A DNA stretch of 63,628 bases, the filler included, from Reclinomonas americana ATCC 50394 (lineage: Eukaryota), in assembly GCA_048213135.1 (NCBI GenBank). It is 16 parts of 16 records of this genome, joined end to end, with 100 filler letters (N's around TTAATTAATTAA, not from the genome) between each part and the next. Parts side by side here need not be neighbours in the genome. Positions count along the whole stretch, not along the records: positions 24,666 to 28,623 come from AFZH01021828.1; positions 28,724 to 33,927 come from AFZH01021829.1; positions 34,028 to 35,716 come from AFZH01021830.1; positions 35,817 to 42,565 come from AFZH01021831.1; 12 more parts are not named here. One strand, given 5' to 3'. Of the stretch, positions 25,456-37,700 are shown piece after piece (positions within the stretch are counted from its first letter, which is position 1; every line of letters begins with the position of its first letter). The notes beneath the pieces were generated by a model. It worked only from the letters and a program-made list of their open reading frames with translations. It was not told where the DNA came from and made no database searches. Both the position numbers and the translations under genes were made by a program.

Positions 25456-28400
25456 CTACATGAAGTACGTCAGCGTCTCTTTTCGTCGGTTGCCTCCTTC
25501 ACCGTACATCTCGTTCCACTGGCGCAGCTCCGTCATGGTCTGTGCGTCTTCGCACACACTGGCACTGACCTCCTTTTGTGCCTTCTCAAAGTCCGACAGT
25601 CGCAGCGGTCGTAGCTCCGGTGCCGGTGCTGTGGGATCTGGCGGAGCGACAAATGCACCCTTGCTGATCTGCTTGGCCTCGTCGGCGAGGAACTCGCGCA
25701 CAGGCTGAGGTAGCTCGGTGAGCAATATGCGAGAGAGCACACATACAGGATGGTTCGAAAATACCTGATAGGCTGCGCACACACACAAGTTGCGCAGGTC
25801 GCTGCCCGAGTAGCTCGGCGTCATGCGAGCCAGGTCGAGCATGCGCAGCGCCGGATCCAACTGTTCATCCTTCAGGATCACCTCAAAGATGCGCACTCGC
25901 TGCTCCTCGCTCGGCGAGTCGACGAGGATGCGACGAGGCATTCTCCTCAGCACGGCCTCGTCCAGGTCGAACGGGCGATTGGTAGCACCGAGTACCAACA
26001 CGCGCTCTGCATTCATTGAAGTGTGTGAGTGCGCAGACAAGAAACACAGCGATCTGTCGACATGCACTCGTACCAGTCTCCTTGCTCTTCAGACCGTCCC
26101 AGCCCATCATAAACTCATTCTTCATCTTTCGCATCGCCTCGTGCTCGCCGCGACTCGCCCTCTTGCCGAGCATGCTGTCGATCTCGTCGACGAAAATCAC
26201 ACACGGTGCCAGCTTGCGAGCAAGCGTGAACACGGCCGCGGCCGCCTTTTCCGCCTCGCCAAACCACTTGCTGGTGATGGCGGCGAGGTTGACGTCTGTG
26301 GGAGGGTGGGTGGAGGGTGAGCATTGCATAGAAAAGAGGGAGAGGATGCGAGAGCGCGGGCGCAACTGAGAAAGTTGGCGCCACTCTCTGTGGCCACAGC
26401 CTTGGCCAACATGGTCTTGCCGGTACCCGGCGGACCAAAAAGCAGCACGCCCTTCACCGGCTTTGACAGTGTCGACCGCCGGAAGAGCTCCGGTCGCTGC
26501 AGCGGCAACATGACGAGCTCACGCAGAGAATTCTTCGTCGACTCCAGAGCACCAATGTCTGCAACAGCAAAGTGAGAATGCGCGCAGTGACATGATGAAT
26601 CTCAGCAGACTGCCCGCCACACACCATCAAAGTGCACTCCAATGTCGTCAGCCATCACCACATCCGCCAGCAGCCGCTGCTCGAATTCGTTCGAGGTTTC
26701 CACATCCTGCAGCGATTTCTGCAAGCCATCACAATAAAGCGCGTGAGCGGCGAGACAACATTCACACCGACTGAGATAAAGAGAGAAAGGTTAGTGCACG
26801 AAACTGGTGGCGAGCGCTCGCGCAACAACGAGTCGTACAGATTCATGGCGGCCACCATACTCTCGCCTGACAGCACCAGCTGTCGCACCGGTGCGGACCC
26901 TTCGGCTGACGCCCCTGCCGCTGCAGTAGTAGTAGTAGTTGTTGTTGTTGTTGTAGTTGTTGTTACTGCAGCAGTCTCCGAGTCACCCGTCTCCATGGGC
27001 GCGACTTCTGCTTCCACCACCGTCTTTGCAGGCTCCTCGGTCGCCGCCTCAACCTTGTGTGACTTGGAGAGCTCTGTGCTGAGGGCCCACGCGCAGACAG
27101 TTTCCACTGTGGACTTGCTCAGGGTCTCTTTTCGAAGCTGTGCCTCCGGCAATGAAATGCACTGCATGCGGTTGCGTGCCATGACCCACTGGAACAGATT
27201 TGCGTTGCGACGACACCGATCCAGCTCCGTGTCGCGTTGCATCTGTGTGTCCCACTCGGCGGCCTGTGCCAGTGTCATTCGTTGAGCAACGACAACCACG
27301 TGAGAAGACACACACACACGCACAAACCTGTGCCCAGTGCGCTGGCTTGGTGATGGCCACGCGATGCGGGAACAGATTCTCCACCAAATGCTTCATCTCC
27401 ATTGTGTTGCGCTCGAACAGCATCAAGCCACTGATGACCGCAACAGATGAGCGGCAGACACAACAGTGGAATGTACACGCACAGACACAAACACACGCAA
27501 CTCCATGTCGTTGACCATGGACGACACGTTGGAGGCGGCAATGCGCTGAACAATGCGACTGCTCGGCCGGCCGTCGCGAGGTGGCTCCGGAACTGCGACA
27601 CAGAAGGACATCGTATAAGAAACTTGGCGAATAAACAGAAAGAGGAGCGTGTACGCGCCTGCCACAGACGCTGTGACTGCGAGAGCGTTGCTCGAACTCG
27701 ACGATTCAACTGGAATGCCCAAGACGCTCGACACTGCAGGGGAGTGAGCGAAGAGCAAAGCGCGCAGCACACTTGTTATCACGCGCACATTGACCACCGG
27801 GACCACCGAGACCGCCAAGCAGCAACGACGACAGCGACCGCGATGACGACGGAGCAGAGCTCGGATCCAAGTCGTTCACCTTGGAGGCTGCAACACAGCG
27901 TGAGCGACGCTGAATACAAGAACGCTGCAACAGTCGCGACCGCATACTCACCAATCACGCAAACTTGGTGACCTTGAATCTTGGACATGAAAGCGCGGAG
28001 ATCGCGCATGAAGTGTGGCGTGGTGGACAGAATCTCGTCCACCGCTGGTATGTACACGACAATCTTCTCCTCGGCTGGCCGACGCGCAATCTCCTCAAAG
28101 AACGCACGACTGCACGCACATCCGACGGAGGTGAGCCAATTGCGTCGTGACAATGCAGTCGAACAAGTACGCAACTACCGCAACGCCGTCTTGGTGACAG
28201 AGTCGGAAGCCACCGCCGATGCCAGTTCCGACCGACTCGAGCTCCCCGAAGAACGCATGGCCAAACGAGACGCTGCGCAAGTGGTGAGTGGACGACAGGG
28301 CAAGCATGTGCGATGAACAGAACAACGCACCAGGTATCATACGAACGGAATGCACCGACGAAGACGACGACGACGATATCGATGGTGGCGGCGGCGGTGG

Positions 28401-31400
28401 TGGCATGACTGGCGAACCGGCTGCCGCCAACGCGTCGTACATACTGATCACCACACGGCGTCGCGCACTGCTGTTGCTGCTGCCGCTGCCTCCCATGCCC
28501 GACATGGACGAGGAGGATGCAGATGGAGGCATTGGCGGCGGGCGTGGCGGCGACGGTGGCATGTTCTTGTCTGTCGCGCATTACTCCGCAAGTCAGAGGA
28601 GTGCACACCGCAAAGAGGGCGACNNNNNNNNNNNNNNNNNNNNNNNNNNNNNNNNNNNNNNNNNNNNTTAATTAATTAANNNNNNNNNNNNNNNNNNNNN
28701 NNNNNNNNNNNNNNNNNNNNNNNCGTGCGAGCAAACTCGACCTTGGCGCCCACGCGGCAGCTGGCGCCACTGCGGGAGCCGGAGATGTTGGAGCCGCCGT
28801 CTGCAAGAGGTGACAAAGAGCAGCTTATTAATTAACAGTAGAGCTGGCGTGCAGACGATTGCTGGTGCACCAACCTCGGCGCTCGCCGGCCTCCTGCTCC
28901 TCCATTTCATCGGCAATGCTGCGCGAGGCAACAGCATCCAGCCGGTACAAGTCGGCGCCAAAATGATGCGCCAGCGCCATGCACAGCTGCTCATTGTAGC
29001 GCGTGGTTCCTGCATTGAGCAACAGAGTGAGAGACATTCGCAATCTATCGTCGCTCAGTCACACTCAACCTTTCGGCGACACCAGAAGAATGCGCTGACT
29101 GACAGACGACAGGTGTTCGATGTACTGCGCTGCTTGCGGGTTCTCGAGGTACAGACCCATGGATCGCACAAGCTCTTCCCGAACGGCCGGACTGCACGTG
29201 CGGTGAGTCCTCTCTGCCTACCTCAGCAAGGCCGAAGCTCTGGTGGGAGCGACGCAACGAGAGATGATACGGGAAGGTGTCGAGTGTCACGCCGAGATCC
29301 GTGGCACGGGTGACGGCCTCGTGAAGCATGGCACGCACGGCAACAAGAGCCTCGCGGCGAGAATCGTCGTCTTCCACCACAGCGCCGCCGTCGACGGCAC
29401 TCTCCAGAGCACTCGACAACTCATCACCACTGCCGGCGAGTCCACTCTCTGCGACACGTAACAGTCGATTAACAACCGCAAAGGGGTGCATTCATGAAGA
29501 TGGCTACTCACCGTCCTTGTCGTCGGCCAGCAGCGAATCGGTGCTTGCTGCCTTGCTGCGTTTGAGTGAAGACTCCGACTGCCGGGCACAGTGACAGTGA
29601 GGGTGCGGTCGAAAGAGGTGCGTGGAATTCTCTCCAAACCTCATCCTTGGTGACAATGTCTCCACGCATGTCATCGAGGGTACGCTTGCGCGTCAGCGGC
29701 TCCCCGACGCTTGTCGAAGGTGCTGCTGCTGCTGTTGGTGGTGTTGTAGTTGGCACACTCTCTGATGCCGTCGTCGTCTCACTCATCTCGGTATCCTCGC
29801 CGCTGGTGACGGTGACAGCAGTTGGTGCGGCAGACATGGTCGTGTCGGTGGCGGCCACCTCGGTGGTCTCCAGTGGTGTCACTCGCGGAGTGATGGCAGT
29901 CGCCTGAGATGTGTGCTTGGAGGCGGGTATGTCGTCGTAGCGCACAAAGATCTACAACAAGCATGCGTTCGGCAAGGGAGAGTAGAAGAAGTGGAGGAAA
30001 GCGTGAGAGATGGACACGCAACAAACTGATAGACGGTTGATCCTAGAACACTGATCTCGTCGCCCGAGTGAAGCGGCGACTGCTGCTGCTTGCGCAGCTG
30101 GCGGCCGTTGATCAGAACAGGCGTGCGATTGGTGTTGGAGCGCATCAGCGGCTGCCCGTGCAGCACATGGATGGAGCAGAGTGGTTTGATCGGCATGCGC
30201 GAATCGCGGAGCATCAGGTCACACTGCCGCGCCCGCCCGACAGAGAAACTGCTGTTGCGTAGCACAATCGATGCCGATGGAATGCCGGTGGGACGCGAAA
30301 ACTGCGGCACCAGCACACCCCACGGTCGCCCCTCGCCGCCGCCGCTGCTGTTGTCGCCCGGCAAACCACTGTCGCCCACCTCCAGCGAGGACGACAAGGA
30401 GGACGGGAGAGCAGGAGGCGGCGGCGGAGGTGGCGGCTGACCAGCAGCAGCACTGGAAGCAGAAGAAGCAGCAGCAGGAGTCGATCGCATGAGTTGTCGA
30501 ACACAGGCCTCTGCATCCTCAACGGTTCGGATCGGACGCCATCGATTTGCACCACCACCACCACCACTGGCGGCAGCACCGCCCTCCCGTCGCGCCATGG
30601 CCGCCGCCATCAGATCCTGTCGCGACAGAGCCGACTGCACATACAACAGGAGAAAGAGAGAGAGAGAGACAGACGATAAGCAAACACACGCGCCACACAA
30701 CCAATCATCGCACAGCCAAGCACCAACTCGGACAATCGTCGACGCTGCACACAACACACCACAACAAAAGTCAGCCATCAAAGCACCAAGCAAGAACACG
30801 ACACAAACAAACAAAACACACCGTCACAGCATCGGCCGCCAAGGAAGGCGCATCGGCATCTGCAATTCCCGCGCACACAGCGGTCAGACTGAATCGAGAC
30901 ACTGACGACAGACAAGACGCACTGTGCCCACACGCACTGCTCTCTCTGACAAGCACATACACGCACGCACCTTCACTCTGTCGCACTGGCGCCTTGTTGA
31001 CCGCGGCCGCCACTGCCGCGTTGACAACAGAGCCCAGCAGAGAACTCAGCTGTTCAATAGTGAGCACAGTGAGCACGCATACACTCATAGACAGTGTGTG
31101 AGGAAGAACAAAAAGAGGCGCGCGCGAAAAAAACACGTCACCTGTGCCTCATCAGTGTTGCCACTGACAGCAGCCGCGGCGGCTGCTGCGGCTGCGGCAG
31201 CTGCAGCGGCGATTACAGTAGTGGTGTTTACAGAACGTGTTGCGGGCTGCTGTTGTTGTTGTTGTGAGGAGGATGCTGTTGTTGGAGGTGCGTCTTCGTC
31301 CATGGATTGTGGAGGTGGATTGTCGACGTCGAGTTGTCTCTGCGTTGTTGAGGTGGCAAGAGCAGGCGGTGGGGGTGGTGGTGGGGGTGGGGTAGGAGCA

Positions 31401-31639
31401 GAGGGTTCCTCCATGGTGGGTGTGTCGTCTGCCTTGCTCTCGCACGAGCTGGCGGGTTTGAGAAAAAAGTTGTCCGGTCGACGTCGAGTTGGATGTGGAA
31501 TGGACGACGCGGGGCGGGAAGCAGAGCGGGTGGAGGAAACGGTGTATGGTCTGTGTGTGGTCATGAGAGCGCGTGGCGCGCGAATGCAGGCCGCTGGGAA
31601 CACGCGGCATCGTGCGACGTCGACATTGGTCCTCTTCAT
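25456..31639 (-). CDS. FHA-domain AAA+ ATPase (ATAD1/Msp1-related, plant At4g02480-type)
   Basis: Walker [14 protein letters not shown], Walker [33 protein letters not shown]-terminus [30 protein letters not shown] motif, and N-terminal FHA-like PWGVLV...[10 protein letters not shown]...NG...LHSGDEI. The start codon is tentative. Confidence 0.88.
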
Positions 31640-31792
31640 TGGTTTTTTTATCTTCTCTGCGTCGTGTTGCTCAGTGCATAAACGGCATCCACGTGGCTGC
31701 GTGCCTGCATACCACGCCCACTTCTCATCGTGTGGATCGTCCACCACGTGTCCTGCGCATCAACGTCGCACCCACTCACAACACAAAAGCAG

Positions 31793-32646
31793 ATGTTGTG
31801 GCCGCGCACTGGCATCACAGCCGCGCTTCTCGTGCGCTACAGCAGACTAGCAGCAAATGCCACATCAGCAACAGTCGCTCGTTTCGTCTCTTTCTCGCTC
31901 ACCACGAGTTGCACATCTCTCTCGCGCACACTCACTCACTCTCTCTTGCACACACACACACGCAGGATCACAACGCTTCTTCGCCACCGCCAACAGCGGC
32001 AGTGGTGGTCTGCTTGACACACTGAGTGTGCCTTCAGCAGTGGAGCCTGCAGCAGCGAGAGAAGGCAAGCAGCAGGCGGGAGGCTCGCTGGCAGTGGCAC
32101 ACGCGCGCGGCATTCACGTGTCGCCCGTGAAGCTCAACTTGGCGTGCGTGATGATTCGCGGCATGCACGTTGCGTGTGCAAGCGCATGAGTGTGTCACAC
32201 ATTTCTTTGTGCGTCTCACTCGCTCACTCATTGCTTTGCAGGTCAACGAGGCGCTTGCACAGTTGCACTTTTGCGAGAAGCGCTGTGCGGAGGATCTGGG
32301 GCGTGCAGTGCGCTCGGCCATGGCCAACGCCGAGCGCAACCACAAGCTCGACCCGCAGCGTTTGGTGGTGCACCAGGCGTTTGTCGGCAAGGGCACCTTC
32401 CAGAAGCGCATGCAGCCGCACTCGCGCGGCCGACACGGCATCCGTTTGCGCCAGTACGCGCACCTGACGGTGGTGTTGCGGCAAGTGGAGGACGTGGATC
32501 GTGAGCTCATCTTTAGCGGGAAGCGCGTGGATCGGTACGGTCGTCAGCATCGTGCTGAGGAGCGGAGAACGCCGCGTCGATGGATCAGTCCGTGGAAGCA
32601 GCAGCAGGAGCAGCAACAGCAGCAAGCAGCATCACCTCCGCAATAG
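31793..32646 (+). CDS. MRPL22: Mitochondrial ribosomal protein uL22m
   Basis: Presequence-like N-terminus, then ARGIHVSPVKLNLACVMIRGMHVNEALAQLHF...SAMANAERNH...AFVGKGTFQKR..PHSRGRHG....YAHLTVVL. Confidence 0.9.
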
Positions 32647-33820
32647 TGGCTGCGTGATGATGTGCGTGCGAGTCGTCGTTCTGCGTGCAGGGAACGGCAG
32701 TAGCAATGAATGGTGAATAGAGAAGGAGAAGGGGGGTGAGGGGGGAGGGGGAGAGAAGGAGGGAGGAGGAGAGGGGAGAGGGAGAAGAAGGAGGAGGAGA
32801 GGGGAGAGGGAGAAGAAGGAGGAGGAGAAGGGAGGAGGTGAAGAAGCAGAAGTAGGAGTAGAAGAAGAAGAAAGAGACCAGAGAATGAGGAAGAGAAAAA
32901 GAAGAAGCAGAAGAAGAAGAAGAGGGAGGAGGAGGAGGAGGGAATAGAAGTAGTACAGGAAGAACAAGAGGGAAGAAGGGAAGAAGAAGAAGAAGAGCAA
33001 GAAACGCACAAGGAGAAGAACAAGAACAAGAGGAGATGAAGTTCACGAAGAATGAGGAGATACTGAGGAGGAAAGGCACAGAGGAACATGGAGAAAGCCG
33101 GTGCACACCTCCTGATCAAGAGATGCAGCGAGGAGTCGCGATGGTACTTGTAATGTTCAATCCACGATCAAATGGTCAGCAAGGAATGGAGCTTGTGAAT
33201 GCAGAAGTGCACCCCTCTCTTCATGCCCTGGACCCGGGCGTTCAAAGGCAATATGCTTTTACAGTTGAGGGCTTGTGAATTTCCAAGCTCGACCCAAAAA
33301 CCGACTTGGAGGTGGGTGAGAGCAATGATTGTCGTCGTGCGCATGTCCGTATTTCTCCGCAGTCATGAGAGTTGTCACCCGCATCCTCGCACCTTCCCTC
33401 ACGCTGCACACGCACACACACTCTCTCCTTTGTGCACAAGTGAGAATGCGTGCGCGCACACGTGTGCATTGTGTTTGTGTGCGTCATGTGCAGACAATGT
33501 CGCACGTGTTCTCTCCCCCCCCTTTCCCCCCATTCCTCCCACCACTCCTCTTGCATGCAGTCTCCTCCTCCTCTCCACTGCTCGTCTTGCTCACCCTTGC
33601 GTGTTGCCAGTCGGAGGCCGTTGGCAAACAAAAGTGCAGAAATAGCCACCACTCATGGGCCAGAATCAGTCCAGTGCGGTGCTCTCGGAACTCGGTGAGT
33701 GACGCCACACTGGAGGGAACAGCGAGCGTTGAACAAGAGAGAGTGAGAATGTGCACACATGCATATATGCACAATGCATTATTTTATCCGACTTTCATCA
33801 ATGTTTGTCGACAACTGCAT

Positions 33821-33821
<1 letters not shown>

Positions 33822-33903
<82 letters not shown>

Positions 33904-34027
33904 AGAGAGAGAGAGAGAGAGAGAGAGNNNNNNNNNNNNNNNNNNNNNNNNNNNNNNNNNNNNNNNNNNNNTTAATTAATTAANNNNNNNNNNNNNNNNN
34001 NNNNNNNNNNNNNNNNNNNNNNNNNNN

Positions 34028-34098
<71 letters not shown>
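33822..34098. repeat. (CA)n/(GA)n and (GT)n microsatellites flanking a gap
   Basis: Long perfect dinucleotide runs on both sides of the 33928 spacer. Confidence 0.95.
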
Positions 34099-34103
<5 letters not shown>

Positions 34104-34191
34104 GTGAGAGAGAAAGTGAGCAGAGGTGCGCGTGAGACACACGCTGGTTTCACACGCAGTTTTGTGAGGTTTATGTGCTCTCCCTCCCTCC

Positions 34192-34234
<43 letters not shown>

Positions 34235-34337
34235 GCTCACTCTCTCTGCACACACGCAAGCATTCGAAAAAACAACCACTGCTGCACTCACTCCACTTCT
34301 CTCTCTTCCCTCCTCTCTCTCTCTCTCTTACACACAC

Positions 34338-34460
34338 CTCCTTGACTTCCTTGTTCACGGCCTGCTCGACCTTCTTCTCGGCCTGATGCTCGGCCTTGTG
34401 CACTGCACGCTCGGCACCGCGCTCAAGAGCCTTTTCGGCGCTGCCACAGATGTTGCCCAT
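34338..34460 (-). CDS. First exon of a putative N-myristoylated/palmitoylated protein
   Basis: MGNICGSAEKALERGAERAVHKAEHQAEKKVEQAVNKEVKE followed by a GT donor; carries an MGxxC dual-acylation motif. Downstream exons not resolved. Confidence 0.55.
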
Positions 34461-34775
34461 GATTGATTGAGAGAGGAGAGGAGTAAAGGGGAAGAGAGGG
34501 AGTGGTGATTGCGCGGTGGAGGTGATGGGATAGCAGTGGGTTGCAGGACACATTCGGTATCATGAAGTGGTTTACCGGCGACGTCGATATCATGTTCAGT
34601 AAGCGTCGTCGGCCACAGACATGGTGGTGTCGTCGTCGTGCCACGTGATGCAGTCGTCGTCGCGGCAGCAGATCAAATGCAAGCCACCTCACCTCTCATA
34701 ACATACACTCCACAATCCACCCTGCTTCCCCCAAATTCCTCTCCTCTCCTTCCCCTTCCCCTTTTTCCCCCTTCT

Positions 34776-37700
34776 TCATGACGCACCATTCGCCGGCGGC
34801 AACCTCACCACGGCCGCCTTGCGAGGACTGCTCATTGCGTGCGGCGGCGCAATCGACGGACCCGGATCATTGCGTGCGGCGGCGGCGGCAGTCACCGGCG
34901 GAAACACCGACGGTGGCGGCGGTGGCGGCGGCGTGGGCTCCATGCCCTCGCCACCCTCTCCCCCCTCCATGACCACGGTGCCGTTTGCCGCCACTCTCGC
35001 GTACAGCTGCGAGGCGTTGCTGCCGGCGAGCATGCGCCGAATGGCCGGCACCGCCACGGTATCAGAGGAGCGACGACGCGGGGTGCTGTCGGTGGCCACG
35101 CGGTACAGTTTGGTGTCGCGACCGACCGTGTGCCTGCGCACAGCGAGGTGAGGGCGTCACGCAAAGGGAGGAAAAGGTGGTAAAATGTACGCACGTGGCT
35201 GGAACACTGGTGGCATCCGGACCGGCGTACACTTGCTCCGGGGCACTGCGCTGCATGCGTCAGCGACAAGTCAAGAAAGAGAAAGAGAGCTGGGCTGCGC
35301 AACTTTGTCTCCAGCCACTTGTAGTATTGTTCCACACGAGTTGGTGAGCCAACTGCCCCCGTGGCAGGCTGCACCGGCTGCACAACTGCCAGTGTGGAGG
35401 GCGGGGAGTGAATGGTCGTTCCGTCTGCGAGATATGAGGGCAAGAGATGAGTGCATAGAAAGGCACGATCAACTCTCACTTGTCAGCATGCAGAACTCTC
35501 ACTCGTCAGCATGTAGAGAAAGAAAGTGAGAGACAGAGATCAAGACAGAGGGGAAAGGAAGGAGAACTCTCACTCGTCAGCATGTAGAGAAAGAAAGCGA
35601 GAGACAGAGAGCAAGACAGAGGGGAAAGGAAGGAGTACTCTCACTCGTCAGCATGCAGAGAGAGAAAGCGAGAGACAGCAAGAGAGCAAGACAGAGGGGA
35701 AAGGAAGGAGAACTCGNNNNNNNNNNNNNNNNNNNNNNNNNNNNNNNNNNNNNNNNNNNNTTAATTAATTAANNNNNNNNNNNNNNNNNNNNNNNNNNNN
35801 NNNNNNNNNNNNNNNNTTCACTGAGTACGAGTTGCCGATTATCTCATCATCTCTCTTTTTCTCTCAAGGTGTACATGCTACCTCCATCTTCTCCACTCTG
35901 CTTGCTTTGAACCTGTTCATCTCAAACCACCAATGACCACATATGGGCAGCTCTCGTCATCCCTGCTTTTAACTTCGCAGATCACGCTCTATCCACCACA
36001 CGCTACCAAACTGGCTCTAAGTTTTACAGAGCACGAACTGCCAACAGCAGCCAGGGTGCCCGCGATCTGCTTCTCCACGCTCTCTCCGTTCTCCTCTCTC
36101 TGTGTGCTGTCGACTCTCTTGTCTTAACTCCTCACCAGCTAGAAACACCACGATGTGTACGATGCGTTTTCGACTACGAGGAGCAACAGGAGACGGACAG
36201 AGCAACTCCATGCTTACAAAACTGCTCAGCAGCGATTGCAGCTACTCACACCCCTCAACGAGAGAAGAGAATGAACTGGAGACAGACGGACATTGAGTGG
36301 TAGAGAGTACGAATCGGCTTGTGAGGTGGACTTGCTCTCTTATTCACCTTGATCCACCGTATTGCGATCACTGATTCTGTTCGTCTCCCTCTCTTCTCCT
36401 CCTTCTTCCCCCTCCCTCCCTCCCCCTTCTCCTCCCACCACTCACCCCCTTCCCCCCCGCATGCTTCCTCGGCGACCCCACATGCGCCGCTCGCGGTGAC
36501 AGCGTGGCCGGCGGCATGGACGGAATCGGACCCGATCCCTCATTCGCCTGCGTATTACCCACCGCTCAGCGGACATTCTCCTTCTCTCCTATGCTCACCC
36601 ACTTCAACGAACCAGCAACAGGTCGACACCGGTGGGCGCATTGCGACCACAGGCGATGCATCGGAAGCGAGCAGCAGACGCCACCTCATCCTCGTCCCCA
36701 AATCTGCGTCAGTCCCAACATGAGTAAGGAGAACGACTCACAAGGTCCCCTTTCCCCCCACAAATGACTCAACAATTTCATGCCGGCAAACACGCGCTTG
36801 TCGAGCTTCTCCCGTCGCAGCACGTCGACATGCACGACAATCTCCTTCACAATCTCGGAAATCGCATGCGATTCGTTATCGCGGTGCTCCCGGTCGTCGG
36901 CCACCTCCTCGCGCAGCTCCTTGACAAAGGCCTCGAACACGTCGGCATGCACCGCGGTCTCCGTCACGCGATCCACATCTTCCATCCATGGCTGGGAAGA
37001 AGATAGGATAAGTGGAGGAAGAGGAAGGGATGAGAGTTGACAAGTATGTACTAATCTCCGTGGTGAGAACATACAACGCGAACAACAACACACAGGAACT
37101 GCATACTTGCAGTTCAAACAACTCGTGGGATGCTTTGACGGAAAGAGTGCGGGAGGTGGGGGGAATAGAGTGAGGTGGGGGGAAAAGGTGACTGTACCTT
37201 GCTGTTGATGCTTTCCTGCAACTGGGCAAGAGTCGATTGACACCGGTCGAGTTCTGTTCGGCCTTGGTGAGCGAGTGCACCAGCAAAAGAGAGGAACAAA
37301 ACTACCGCAACGTCGTTTCATCTCCACCCGCTTCACTTCCACATCCGTGATCTTGCGATCCAGGCGCTCCACGTCGCCCTCGCTGGGTGGCTGTCCTGTA
37401 CCCCTCTCGTCGTCGTCATCCTGCAGAGAGCGAGGTGAGGGCGAATACGAGAAAGTGCATGCGCATGATCGGCAACGAGAGAAGAGAGTGCGCGAGGAAG
37501 AACAGGCAGATAAGAGAGGCAAGAAACGCAACATGCGATGTCGTCAGATCCACCGTCACGCCCATTTCACTCTCAAAGTGCGCCTCCAGCGTGCGCATTC
37601 TCGATTGCAGTTCGCTGCAAGGCACACACTCCTTTAGATGCATGTCCGCAGCTCGACGCAGTGATTCATACGCAACGTTACGCTTCTCTTGAACGACTTG

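Noticed and set aside
33110..33720. In-frame TGAs suggesting selenocysteine or a reassigned code
   Set aside because: No recognisable protein in those frames. Well-identified genes here end in TAA, TAG and TGA and have no internal stops once spliced.
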